DNA of 64,000 nucleotides from positions 4,131 through 68,130 of the forward strand of contig DCTW01000005.1 in the NCBI GenBank assembly GCA_002329465.1, in the 5' to 3' direction. A model generated the notes under the pieces. The model was not told where the DNA came from, searched no databases, and was given only the letters and a program-made list of their open reading frames with translations. Origin of the DNA: Candidatus Woesebacteria bacterium UBA1430. GTDB taxonomy: Bacteria; Patescibacteriota; Microgenomatia; UBA8517. The first letter of the stretch is position 1, and every line of letters starts with the position of its first letter. Below, in pieces: positions 9,223-19,043 of the stretch. Made by a program: the position numbers and the translations under genes.

Positions 9223-10187
9223 ATATATTTCAATACGATTTTTTTTGCTTTCTTAATAAAAACAGAATCTTCCATAGCAACGCTTAGGCTATTTGTTCCT
9301 TTAGTTTTACATCCGCCAAAAATATAGACATTACCTCCGGTTCCAAGCTCAAAATAAGCATGCTGAACATTTGTAATAAAGTTTTCCTCAAAAAACTTTT
9401 CAGCTTCGGCCTTAAATTTAGGCCATGAATTTTTCTTTCCGGACTCATGCTCAATTAAAAGTCTCCCCAATCCTTGAAGAGCACGAGCCGTTCTCATAAA
9501 CTCTGAAATTCCTTGGGTATAAAAGACTCTAAATTCGGTAGCGACATTATCTATGCACTTTGAATTTTTTAGTTTGATAAAGTTTTGTTGATTCATAACT
9601 CCTCCCGCCCCTTTTTCATAAGGGCCGCCTTCTCTAAGCCTTCCCGAATCAGAGCTCCACCCGCACGCGGCAACAGCGCTCATAATAAGGTGCGCTTCGT
9701 CTGAAACATTAATTCCGCCTAAAGTAAAATGTGTTTCATATTTAAATCTCGGATCAAGAAACCCGCGAAGATATAAATAATAAACCTCACGCGACAAAGT
9801 CAGATAACTATTTGCAGGATTTAGAGAAAACTCATAAATTCCATCTTTACCTTGAGGAATCCCCATGCCTTCCGCTGCCAATTGATAGCATTCCGATACA
9901 CTAAGATGGGGATAATCCTCACGGCATATATATATTTCCCGACTAGTCCTTGGAATTTTATGCTCAAACACCTCAATTTCAGCGCCAATTGTCGGTGTAA
10001 AAGGTAATGGGTTTCTCTCCCTTTCTTCCCAGTGAAGTTTCCTGTGGAGTGGATTTAGCAAAAACCTATACAAAGAAAGCATTTCGTCATTTACAGTAAT
10101 AGGGGGCATGTCGTCATCTTGCTGATAATGTGACACAGCCATTCTGTCAACCGAGACAAGCCTCTTTTCTATTTCATTTAAAGCCAT
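9219..10187 (-). CDS. Hypothetical protein, possible GS/GCS2-fold COOH-NH2 ligase
   Basis: TIGAEIE, DGIYEF, HFTLGG and TEFR motifs occur in the order typical of that fold. Confidence 0.45.
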   Translation of the reverse strand: MALNEIEKRLVSVDRMAVSHYQQDDDMPPITVNDEMLSLYRFLLNPLHRKLHWEERERNPLPFTPTIGAEIEVFEHKIPRTSREIYICREDYPHLSVSECYQLAAEGMGIPQGKDGIYEFSLNPANSYLTLSREVYYLYLRGFLDPRFKYETHFTLGGINVSDEAHLIMSAVAACGWSSDSGRLREGGPYEKGAGGVMNQQNFIKLKNSKCIDNVATEFRVFYTQGISEFMRTARALQGLGRLLIEHESGKKNSWPKFKAEAEKFFEENFITNVQHAYFELGTGGNVYIFGGCKTKGTNSLSVAMEDSVFIKKAKKIVLKYI

Positions 10188-10214
10188 GGGAAGTGTATTT
10201 TACCAAATTGCTTA

Positions 10215-10244
10215 TTGACATAGGAAGTTTATTTTTGATACCTT
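10215..10244 (+). promoter_or_regulatory. Putative sigma70 promoter for the HTH gene
   Basis: TTGACA at 10215, then TGaTACCTT extended -10-like box (18-bp spacer). Confidence 0.45.
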
Positions 10245-10286
10245 GTGATTAAGAAAGATATTAGATAAGTTCAAAACTATATCAAA

Positions 10287-10511
10287 ATGACAAAAGATAC
10301 ATCAAAAACTAAAAACATTGACATAAATAATCTCCCTGATTTATTAACAGTTAGGGAAGTAGCCCAGCTTCTAAGAGTCTCTCCCTTGACTATAAAAAGA
10401 TGGGGTAAAAGAGGAAAGCTACCACCCATACGAATAAACTCCCGAGGCGACCGCCGCTACAAAAAAGAAGCGGTTCTCTACCTTCTCGGCATGCAGTCCC
10501 CGAACGAATAA
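10287..10511 (+). CDS. BldC/excisionase-like MerR-type HTH DNA-binding protein
   Basis: LLTVREVAQLLRVSPLTIKRWGKRGKL..IRINSRGDRRY matches the HTH_17/BldC pattern. Confidence 0.85.
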   Translation: MTKDTSKTKNIDINNLPDLLTVREVAQLLRVSPLTIKRWGKRGKLPPIRINSRGDRRYKKEAVLYLLGMQSPNE

Positions 10512-10588
10512 CTTACTTTTCATACTATATATACACGAAATACGTTTTTTGCTAAACTCATCTTAGATATAAAAAAATAAATCTGCCC

Positions 10589-13500
10589 ATGCTAAAGACT
10601 AAGTTCAAACTCGGTCAAAAAATTGTATTTAAAATAGCTAAAAAAATTTTCTTGCTTTTTTTAATATTTTTATTTGCTTTCCCCTTTAATATTATTGTGC
10701 CGAAAACAAATAGCGTTTTTGCCTCGACATCCCATGTAATTACTACGCGCGAAGATTGGGATAGCGGCGAATTCAATTTCGTTGAATCCGAGACTGAAAA
10801 CGGATCTATAAAACTCAGAGCAGATGGTGAATGGGAGCCAAGAAGCTTTGAAACACCAAATCTTACGTTGTCATACGGCGCGTCTTTTGTCTCTGACGGT
10901 ACTTATATTTATGTGTTAAGAGGATACGGGGACGATGCTTTTTGGAAATATAATCCGAATGATGATAAATGGGAAGACCTTGCAAGCCCTGATCTTGGGG
11001 CTTATCACGGAGCAGATCTTGTAATTATAGGCAACTACATATATGCAATTTTCGGCGGCAATCAGCCTAACTTCGCCAGGTACGACAAGGAATCCGACGC
11101 ATGGACCAATCTTGAATCACTTCCTGCTTTGGTAAATACGGGGGGATCACTGGCAACGGACGGTACGGATATCTATGCTATGAGAGGCGGATCAACCACA
11201 GTATATTTTTATGATGTAAGCGAAGACGATTGGTTGGAAAAACCCGAATTTCCCTCATCCGTATCTTATGGAGACTTGGTTTATCACAATGGCTATCTAT
11301 ATAATGTTGATAACAGCAATCCAAACAGATTTTTCAAATATTCTGTGGCGGACGGTTCTTATGAACAGCTTGAAAGCCCGCCCCAAAGAATAACAAACGA
11401 AACAGACGCGACCATTCACGATGGCTACATCTATTACATGCGCTCCTCAAATACTACGGATTTTTATAGATACAACCTGTCCGGTGGAACCTGGGAAACA
11501 TTAACATCAACGCCCCAAAATAGCCGAGGAGGCGTAGTCTATCACTCCGCTGATAACTATATTTACGTTTTTCGAGGCAATTCAAGCTACGATTTTTGGA
11601 AATACGATATTTCTAACGATTCATTCCTTGGCCCTACCGACTCTCCGGTAACACTCTATAGGGGAAGCGATATGCTCTACTACAATTCGAATTTTTATAT
11701 TCTAAGAGGATACAATACCCCGACATTTTATGAGTATGATATTTCGGAAGCAACTTGGACCCAAAAAGCTGACGCACCGGGTAACATTTATTACTACACT
11801 CGGGGAACAGCCGCCGGGCAGTATCTTTATTTTTTCCAAGGAAACAGCACAAGCTTTTATAGCTATGATCCTCTGGAAAATTTATGGACGACGCTAACGC
11901 CGGCTCCACTTTCAACTAGCGAAGGAGCACTTGCTTATCCGGGGAGCGGGGACTATATCTACGCAATCCGTGGAGGTGGAACATCAACATTCTGGCGCTA
12001 TAGCATTTCACAAAACGAGTGGCAAGATAACGAAGCAGAGGATCTGCCCTCGGGAATAGCAGCGGGAAGCGGATCGGCTTTAATCAGCGTTGAAGGAGAT
12101 CTGTTTTTGCTTTTAGGTTCAGGAACGCCTGGATTTTATAAGTACGATGTATCTGAAAATTCCTGGTCGGCATTGCTTGAGGCTCCTTTTGCGCCTTCAA
12201 ACAGCTCGGACATTGCTTACGATAACTCAAATAAAATACTGGCGATTGCATCCAACTACGATGACGATCTTTATGAATACAATATTTCCTCAAATACATG
12301 GAGGCGTCTTGCCAACATGTCTGAATACTATGGATACAAACTTGGCACTGCCAATGGAAGCTCAATTGAATACGACGGCTTAGGAAGCTTCTATATAGTA
12401 AGGGGACAGACAACAATTAATCTTCTTAAATATAACCCAAGCAATTACAATTATCCGGTTTCCGGTACTTGGATAAGCGATGCCTTAGATTTATCCTATG
12501 TATCAAGCTGGGTTTCGCTTTCGGCAAGCACAACCACACCTTCCGATTCCTCTATAAACCTTGAAACAAGAACCAGCAGCGATTTATCTAACTGGTCATC
12601 ATGGGAAAGCGTATCAGAAGGCACTATCTTCTCGCCGGCCAACCGCTATATCCAAATAAAAGCAACGCTCTACGCATCAACAGATAGAACTGAAACTCCA
12701 AAACTTAATGACATAACTGTTGCTTATACCGGAGACGAGGTAGATCCACTAAATCCAAGTAGCGTAACGGCTTTGTCGCAGCAGGTAGGAGGAAGCAGCT
12801 TAACAAGCGGGGAGACATATTCTCACGCTCATCCTTACTTCTATTGGTCTGGTTCGGATGAGCATACTTCGGTAGCAGGATATTATGTTTATTTCGGCGC
12901 TTCAAGTGACGCAAATCCTAAAACACAAGGGAATTGGCAAACATCAGGTATTTTTACCGTTACAACACCACTATCCCAAGGAAGCTATTACTTAAGGATA
13001 ATTACCAAAGATCAAGTAGGAAACGAGTCGGATCCGGTAACACTTTTTACATACGTTTACAGCGGTGTGGGGGCGGATCAGTCATTTACGGCGGACGAAA
13101 CATCCGAGTTTCTTGGTACAACATCAAATGTAGATGTTTCAAACGACCAGATTACCCTTGCTTCGGTAGACGGCTTTTGGCTCGAAGAAAGATTTAGCCT
13201 TGCTCCGGCGGGCCTTCAATATGCAGCGCACACTCCGGCTTACGTCAGCTCTACAAATAAACTTTATATCCTTCGTGGAGCAAACGACAATGTTTTTTTA
13301 GAGTACGATCTAACAACAGATACATGGACCACGCTTTCTCCGGCTCCCGATGCGGCAAGAATGGGTGGAGGAGTAATCGAAGGTCCGGCGGGATATCTAT
13401 TTGCGCTTCAGGGAAACAATACCAACAAGTTCTGGCGCTACAGCATAGCTACAGATGAATGGAGCGATGAAGAAGCATCCGATGCTCCAAGCAACGTTTA

Positions 13501-16500
13501 CTACGGAGGAAGCATGGTTTACGACCAATCCCGCTATATTTATGCAACCCGTGGGGACAATACCGATTCGTTCTGGCGCTACGACACTATTGATAACACA
13601 TGGAGCAGCTCGGCAGTAGCTTCTCTAAATTTCGGGGCACCCACAAACGTAGGCACAAACAATGCATATACCGGAGCAGACCTTGTATTTGATGGAGATG
13701 ATACAATCTATGCAATACAGGGCAATTATCAGGCCGGTTTTTCCGCTTACAGTATAAGCAGTAACGAGTGGACACCCCTTTTAAATCTGCCGATTCTTCC
13801 CAGTTCCGGTGCTTCAATCGAAATCTCAAGCGACAATTCTTCAATCTACTACGCCCCCGGAGATAACCAAACGGATTTATTTAAATACAGTATTGCAAGC
13901 AATACCTGGTCCCAAATGTCCGATGCTCCGGCAAGTATAAGTTATGGCGGATCAATAAGAAGAATTGGCGAAAAGCTTTACGTAATAAGAGGAGGAAACC
14001 AGACACAAATTTATACATACAACACGGAAACCGATATGTGGAAAGTTCCTGTGCGAGGTTTATTTGGCCCCGTTTTTCAAGGGACTTCCCTTGATTCCCT
14101 TAATTACAGCAGCGCTATAGCCAAAGGCGTTGGGTCAAATTTTTACATGATACGCGGCAATTACGCAAACGACTTTATAAGCTACAATTCTCAAACAGGC
14201 GAGGTAACAAGGTTAAAAGACTTGCCCTCCGGTTCTTATTTGGGTGCCAGTTTAGTTTACGACAGTGTAAACGCCAAAATATATTATCATCCGGGTGTAT
14301 ATTGGAACCATTTTTATGTATATGACACCTCAAGCGACACATGGAGCGAAGAAACAAGCGACCCCCCGCCAGCCGCTCCCAACGCAGGATCAAGCATGGT
14401 ATATGACGGATCAAGATATATCTATCTATCTCGAGGTGGATGGACAAATTCGTTTTATCGCTTTGATACAGAAAACCAATCGGCAGGAACTAAGTGGGAA
14501 ACTTTAAACAACACCCCCGCTTCTTTAAGCTATGGATCAGAACTGGTTTATAAAGATAGCTATATCTATACTCTGCGGGGTGCAAATGAAGCCAATAATC
14601 CCTTTTATCGGTACGATACGGTGGAAGGCACCTGGGACGATGCGGCGGTGGCGGATCTTGATATAGATGTTTATTACGAAGGCTTTTTGGTGGATGGCCA
14701 CGATGGCTATCTTTATGCGGCAAGAGGCGATAACGCAAATGAATTCTATCGTTACTCAATAAGTGAAAACAGTTGGGAAAGTTTGGCCAGTGTACCCGGT
14801 CAGGTTTACAGAGGAGGCGCGGCTATATCAGACGAAGCAGGCAAAATCTTGGTTTTCGCAGGAGCGGGGACAAATACATTTAACGACGCTCTTTATACCT
14901 ATGTCCAAAACACAAGCTCTTCAGGTTTTCAAGAGAGTGGTACATACACCTCACAAGCACACGACCTTACAAGCGTTTACAAATGGGGTAATATTACCCT
15001 TACTTATCAATCTGCTTCGGATACAACGCTTCAAGTAGAAACGCGCACTTCAAGCGACGGATCGGACTGGTCCGGATGGCAGGAATCAACTAAATTAAAA
15101 ACAATCGCCACAAGCTATGAATATTTGATCAATTCGCCGGCGAATCGCTATATTCAGGTGCGTTTTAGCCTAGATTCTACAAACGGAATTTATTCAGGTG
15201 TTATTTCAGACTATACAATCAATTATTATCAGGATTTAACAGCACCTTCTAACCCCGCTGCGATAACGACATATAGCAGTAGTAATAAAACTATCGAGTT
15301 GACAGAATCCGATGCTTGGTATTCATACACCTCTCCTTATTTTGATTGGCCGGATGAGGAAACAGCGGGAGGTGCTACAGACAGCTCAACCGGCTCCGGA
15401 GTAGTGGGTTATTATGTTTATTTTGGTACAAATGAAAGCGCAGACCCAGCAGTCTCAGGTGAATTAACCTCAGATACATATTATCAGGCACAAAATTTGG
15501 TAACAGGCCAGACATACTATCTGAGAATAAAAACGGCTGACGATGCAGGCAACACACAGGAAGAAATTTGGCAGCCTTTTATCTATAAATTTGACAGCAC
15601 CAACCCCTCAATACCAACAGGTCTGGAAGCGGACCCTTCCGGATATTCGGCTGTTGACAGCTTTAGCTTTGGCTGGAATGCCTCAAGCGATCCCGAGTCG
15701 TTAATAACATCTTACTGCTACAAAACAGGTGCCGAAAGTGGTGCCTGGTCCTCCGATCAATGCGCCGACGCATTGACGGTGTCAAGCGTACCGTCGTATA
15801 AGACGGGAGCAAATGTTTTTTATGTAAGAAGCAAAGATTCGGCCGGAAATTATTCGGATTATGCAACTGTTACTTATTATTTTAATACAGGCGCTCCTTC
15901 TGCGCCTCAGAACCTAAGCGTAACACCCTCTGTTAATACGCTAAATTCGTTTTCGTTCTCATGGTCTGCCCCCGCAGTCTATCTCGGCAGCGAATCAAAC
16001 ATCAAGTATTACTACAGCATCAACGCCCTCCCCACAGCTCAAAGCGTAACCGAAACGCTAACGTCAATGCTTTCGGCAGGTGCGTATGCAACTCTGCCTG
16101 GAGAGAATACATTCTATGTAGTAGCAAAAGACGAAGCAGGAAACATGGATTACAATAATTATGCTTCAATCACATTTACCGCAAATACCACAGCACCGGG
16201 TATCCCGACAAGCGTTGATATAGCGGATGTTTCCGTAAAAGCGACAAGCAGTTGGAAACTTGCAGTTTCTTGGGAAGAGCCTAGCCTTACCGGAGCGGGT
16301 ATAGCAACATATAAAATTTATAGATCAATAGACGGCATTGCCTACACTTACAGAGCATCCACAAGCGGAATTTCCTATGTTGACACAGGATTAACACAGC
16401 AAACCTATTACTACAAAATCAATGCATGCGATAGCGCCAATAATTGTGGTGAATTTTCAAGCACGGTATCAATGTATCCGGACGGCAAATTTACAGAAGC

Positions 16501-17725
16501 GGCGCCTTTGATAAGCGATCCTTCTGTAAGTAATATAACGACCCGTAAGGCTGTTGTTTCTTGGACGACTTCAAGAACAAGCGATTCCAAGGTGGCTTAC
16601 GGCACCTCATCCGGAAGCTATTTTACAGAAGAAGTAAGTAACTCGGATCACGTAACAAGCCACACAATTACACTGACAAATCTTGAGCCTGGAACTACAT
16701 ATTATTACATAGCAAAATGGACCGATGAGGACGGGAACACAGGCACAAGCTCGGAAAATACTTTTGAGACAAGCCCCGCTCCCTCGGTAAAAGACGTATC
16801 CGTTTCTGAAATAGGTATAGAATCGGCGCTGATAACATTTACCGTAACAGGAGCTTCCAAAATAAAAATATACTATGGCGAATCTACATCCTTCGGAGGT
16901 ATAAAAGAAATAAGTACCTCCGCCTCTGAATCAACATATACGGCGCAATTGACAGGTCTGCTTGACGGAACAAAATATTACTATAAAATTAACGCCTTTG
17001 ATAGCGAAGAATATGAATACGCAGGTACAACACTTGATTTTGAAACACTTCCGAGGCCGCAAATAAGCGAAGTCACCGTCCAACAAGTCAAAGGAACCGC
17101 TCAACCAACCCTACTTGTCACCTGGGAAACAAACACCGAAGTGTCAAGCATTGTTTCTTACTATCCTTTGGAAAATCCTCTTCAGGCAAGAGACGAAATA
17201 AACGCAGATCTTACAAAAGGGGAGCACAAAATGATCGTCCGCGGCCTGATGCCCGAAACGGTTTATGCGCTTGTTATAAAAGGAAGAGATAAAGTAGGAA
17301 ACGAAGCCGTCTCTGATGTAATTAACTTAACAACTTCTTCCGATACACGCCCTCCACAGATAACAAATCTAAAAGTTGAAGGTAGCCTTATGCCGAATAT
17401 ATCGGATCAGGGCGAATCGGTAACCCAGCTGGTAGTTTCCTGGGATACGGACGAGCCCTCATCGGCACAAGTTGAATTCGGAGAGGGCACGGCAGATACT
17501 TACGCTCAAAAAACCCAAGAAGACTCAAATCTTACATATAATCATCTTGTAGTTATATCCGGACTTTCTCCAAGCAAAGTTTATCATCTTAGAGCGGTTT
17601 CAAAAGACAAAGCCGGAAACGAGGGTAAATCAGTTGATACCGTAACTATCACCCCCAAGGCCACAAAAAGCGCTCTTGATCTTGTAATTACAAATCTTTC
17701 CGAAGCATTCGGGTTTCTTAAATAA
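10589..17725 (+). CDS. Giant exported Kelch beta-propeller / fibronectin-III surface protein (2378 aa)
   Basis: N-terminal signal/TM; two long blocks of Kelch repeats (YIY.lRG...F.rY.i..n.W); multiple FN3/Ig repeats (L.PGTTYYY). Confidence 0.88.
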   Translation: MLKTKFKLGQKIVFKIAKKIFLLFLIFLFAFPFNIIVPKTNSVFASTSHVITTREDWDSGEFNFVESETENGSIKLRADGEWEPRSFETPNLTLSYGASFVSDGTYIYVLRGYGDDAFWKYNPNDDKWEDLASPDLGAYHGADLVIIGNYIYAIFGGNQPNFARYDKESDAWTNLESLPALVNTGGSLATDGTDIYAMRGGSTTVYFYDVSEDDWLEKPEFPSSVSYGDLVYHNGYLYNVDNSNPNRFFKYSVADGSYEQLESPPQRITNETDATIHDGYIYYMRSSNTTDFYRYNLSGGTWETLTSTPQNSRGGVVYHSADNYIYVFRGNSSYDFWKYDISNDSFLGPTDSPVTLYRGSDMLYYNSNFYILRGYNTPTFYEYDISEATWTQKADAPGNIYYYTRGTAAGQYLYFFQGNSTSFYSYDPLENLWTTLTPAPLSTSEGALAYPGSGDYIYAIRGGGTSTFWRYSISQNEWQDNEAEDLPSGIAAGSGSALISVEGDLFLLLGSGTPGFYKYDVSENSWSALLEAPFAPSNSSDIAYDNSNKILAIASNYDDDLYEYNISSNTWRRLANMSEYYGYKLGTANGSSIEYDGLGSFYIVRGQTTINLLKYNPSNYNYPVSGTWISDALDLSYVSSWVSLSASTTTPSDSSINLETRTSSDLSNWSSWESVSEGTIFSPANRYIQIKATLYASTDRTETPKLNDITVAYTGDEVDPLNPSSVTALSQQVGGSSLTSGETYSHAHPYFYWSGSDEHTSVAGYYVYFGASSDANPKTQGNWQTSGIFTVTTPLSQGSYYLRIITKDQVGNESDPVTLFTYVYSGVGADQSFTADETSEFLGTTSNVDVSNDQITLASVDGFWLEERFSLAPAGLQYAAHTPAYVSSTNKLYILRGANDNVFLEYDLTTDTWTTLSPAPDAARMGGGVIEGPAGYLFALQGNNTNKFWRYSIATDEWSDEEASDAPSNVYYGGSMVYDQSRYIYATRGDNTDSFWRYDTIDNTWSSSAVASLNFGAPTNVGTNNAYTGADLVFDGDDTIYAIQGNYQAGFSAYSISSNEWTPLLNLPILPSSGASIEISSDNSSIYYAPGDNQTDLFKYSIASNTWSQMSDAPASISYGGSIRRIGEKLYVIRGGNQTQIYTYNTETDMWKVPVRGLFGPVFQGTSLDSLNYSSAIAKGVGSNFYMIRGNYANDFISYNSQTGEVTRLKDLPSGSYLGASLVYDSVNAKIYYHPGVYWNHFYVYDTSSDTWSEETSDPPPAAPNAGSSMVYDGSRYIYLSRGGWTNSFYRFDTENQSAGTKWETLNNTPASLSYGSELVYKDSYIYTLRGANEANNPFYRYDTVEGTWDDAAVADLDIDVYYEGFLVDGHDGYLYAARGDNANEFYRYSISENSWESLASVPGQVYRGGAAISDEAGKILVFAGAGTNTFNDALYTYVQNTSSSGFQESGTYTSQAHDLTSVYKWGNITLTYQSASDTTLQVETRTSSDGSDWSGWQESTKLKTIATSYEYLINSPANRYIQVRFSLDSTNGIYSGVISDYTINYYQDLTAPSNPAAITTYSSSNKTIELTESDAWYSYTSPYFDWPDEETAGGATDSSTGSGVVGYYVYFGTNESADPAVSGELTSDTYYQAQNLVTGQTYYLRIKTADDAGNTQEEIWQPFIYKFDSTNPSIPTGLEADPSGYSAVDSFSFGWNASSDPESLITSYCYKTGAESGAWSSDQCADALTVSSVPSYKTGANVFYVRSKDSAGNYSDYATVTYYFNTGAPSAPQNLSVTPSVNTLNSFSFSWSAPAVYLGSESNIKYYYSINALPTAQSVTETLTSMLSAGAYATLPGENTFYVVAKDEAGNMDYNNYASITFTANTTAPGIPTSVDIADVSVKATSSWKLAVSWEEPSLTGAGIATYKIYRSIDGIAYTYRASTSGISYVDTGLTQQTYYYKINACDSANNCGEFSSTVSMYPDGKFTEAAPLISDPSVSNITTRKAVVSWTTSRTSDSKVAYGTSSGSYFTEEVSNSDHVTSHTITLTNLEPGTTYYYIAKWTDEDGNTGTSSENTFETSPAPSVKDVSVSEIGIESALITFTVTGASKIKIYYGESTSFGGIKEISTSASESTYTAQLTGLLDGTKYYYKINAFDSEEYEYAGTTLDFETLPRPQISEVTVQQVKGTAQPTLLVTWETNTEVSSIVSYYPLENPLQARDEINADLTKGEHKMIVRGLMPETVYALVIKGRDKVGNEAVSDVINLTTSSDTRPPQITNLKVEGSLMPNISDQGESVTQLVVSWDTDEPSSAQVEFGEGTADTYAQKTQEDSNLTYNHLVVISGLSPSKVYHLRAVSKDKAGNEGKSVDTVTITPKATKSALDLVITNLSEAFGFLK

Positions 17726-17745
17726 ATTTGATAAACTAAAATAAG

Positions 17746-18258
17746 ATGCAGGACGATTTAATCAGATTTTTTTCAACAACAGAAATATCGGTTTTCAAGG
17801 GATTGTTTTTTATTACAACAGCCTTTTTTTTAATCTCAATATTTATAGTAATTCTTCTTTCGGCGCTTTCTACAACCACTTTTATTAAAAAAAGAGATAA
17901 AAAAAATAGAAATAAGCTGATAATGGTACTAATTATCCTTCTGGCACTTCCGGTCGGCGTTTCAACAATGGCTCTACAAAAAAGTCTTGGAAAAAGTTCC
18001 AAGGCATATTCTATTGGTATTGTTTTTAAAGAATCTGTACCCCTTGATGATTCAAGCTATCTTGTTAATATAGAAACAAAATCTCCACACATTCTCTATC
18101 TTAAAGCAAAGCTTCCTACTGGCGATTTTGAAACAATAATGCCCACTTATTCGCTTGAGAAAAGGAAACTCCACTCGTTTATTATCCCGCGGGAACATCT
18201 CGACGATCTTTATATAGTGGCAGAGGATTTGGAAATGCCTTTTGATATTTCCGATTAA
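17746..18258 (+). CDS. Hypothetical membrane protein (2 TM plus small beta domain)
   Basis: Two hydrophobic segments; tightly spaced within the co-oriented run. Confidence 0.65.
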   Translation: MQDDLIRFFSTTEISVFKGLFFITTAFFLISIFIVILLSALSTTTFIKKRDKKNRNKLIMVLIILLALPVGVSTMALQKSLGKSSKAYSIGIVFKESVPLDDSSYLVNIETKSPHILYLKAKLPTGDFETIMPTYSLEKRKLHSFIIPREHLDDLYIVAEDLEMPFDISD

Positions 18259-18263
18259 CCAAA

Positions 18264-19043
18264 ATGGAATATACAAAGATCGTCCAAATAAATAATCTAA
18301 CTAAATCTTTTAGAGTAGGCAGTCAAGATATCAACGTACTCAAAAATATTTCATTTTCGATTTCGAATGGAGATTTTGTAATAATAGTTGGCCCTTCCGG
18401 GTGTGGTAAATCAACACTTCTTCATACAATCCTAGGTCTTGAGCCTCCGACAAGCGGGGATGTAATTTTCCTTGGCAGAAACGTCTATCGTGAATTGGCA
18501 ACCGAGGACGAGCGGTCTGATTTTCGGAAAAAACATATAGGCATGGTTTACCAGCAATCAAATTGGGTAAAAGCGCTTACTTCTATAGAGAATGTTTTTT
18601 TTCCGCTGATGCTTATGGGCTACGACGAGGAGCTCTGCAGACAAAAAGCCGAGGACATGCTCAAAAAAGTAAACATGCTTGAGTGGAAGGATTTCATTCC
18701 CACAGAACTCTCCGGTGGACAGCAGCAAAAAGTCGCTCTCGCAAGAGCACTGATTAATAATCCCGATGTAATTATCGGAGACGAGCCTACGGGAAATCTG
18801 GATTATGCGTCCGGCGAAGAGATTATGAATCTTTTTATAGAGCTTAACAGCAAAGAAAAAAAGACCGTAATAATGGTTACTCACAACCTTGATTATTTAA
18901 ACTACGCAAAAACGACAATAAGGTTGTTTGATGGACAGCTTGTCGGTATATATAAAGAAAAAGATAGGAAGCAACTTGCAAAAGATATAGAAAAATTTAA
19001 GCTTGGAAACAAATCTCAAAACAAAAATGAAAAAAGCATTTGA
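18264..19043 (+). CDS. ABC transporter ATP-binding protein, MacB/LolD type
   Basis: GPSGCGKST, LSGGQQQKVALARAL, DEPTGNLD, VTHN. Confidence 0.95.
   Translation: MEYTKIVQINNLTKSFRVGSQDINVLKNISFSISNGDFVIIVGPSGCGKSTLLHTILGLEPPTSGDVIFLGRNVYRELATEDERSDFRKKHIGMVYQQSNWVKALTSIENVFFPLMLMGYDEELCRQKAEDMLKKVNMLEWKDFIPTELSGGQQQKVALARALINNPDVIIGDEPTGNLDYASGEEIMNLFIELNSKEKKTVIMVTHNLDYLNYAKTTIRLFDGQLVGIYKEKDRKQLAKDIEKFKLGNKSQNKNEKSI

Noticed and set aside
10287-10511. Prophage or ICE excisionase
   Set aside because: No integrase or phage genes nearby; context fits a chromosomal BldC-like regulator.
11634-16158. Many short alternative-frame ORFs inside the giant gene (and similar ones elsewhere)
   Set aside because: Shadow ORFs overlapping well-supported genes, with no recognisable motifs.
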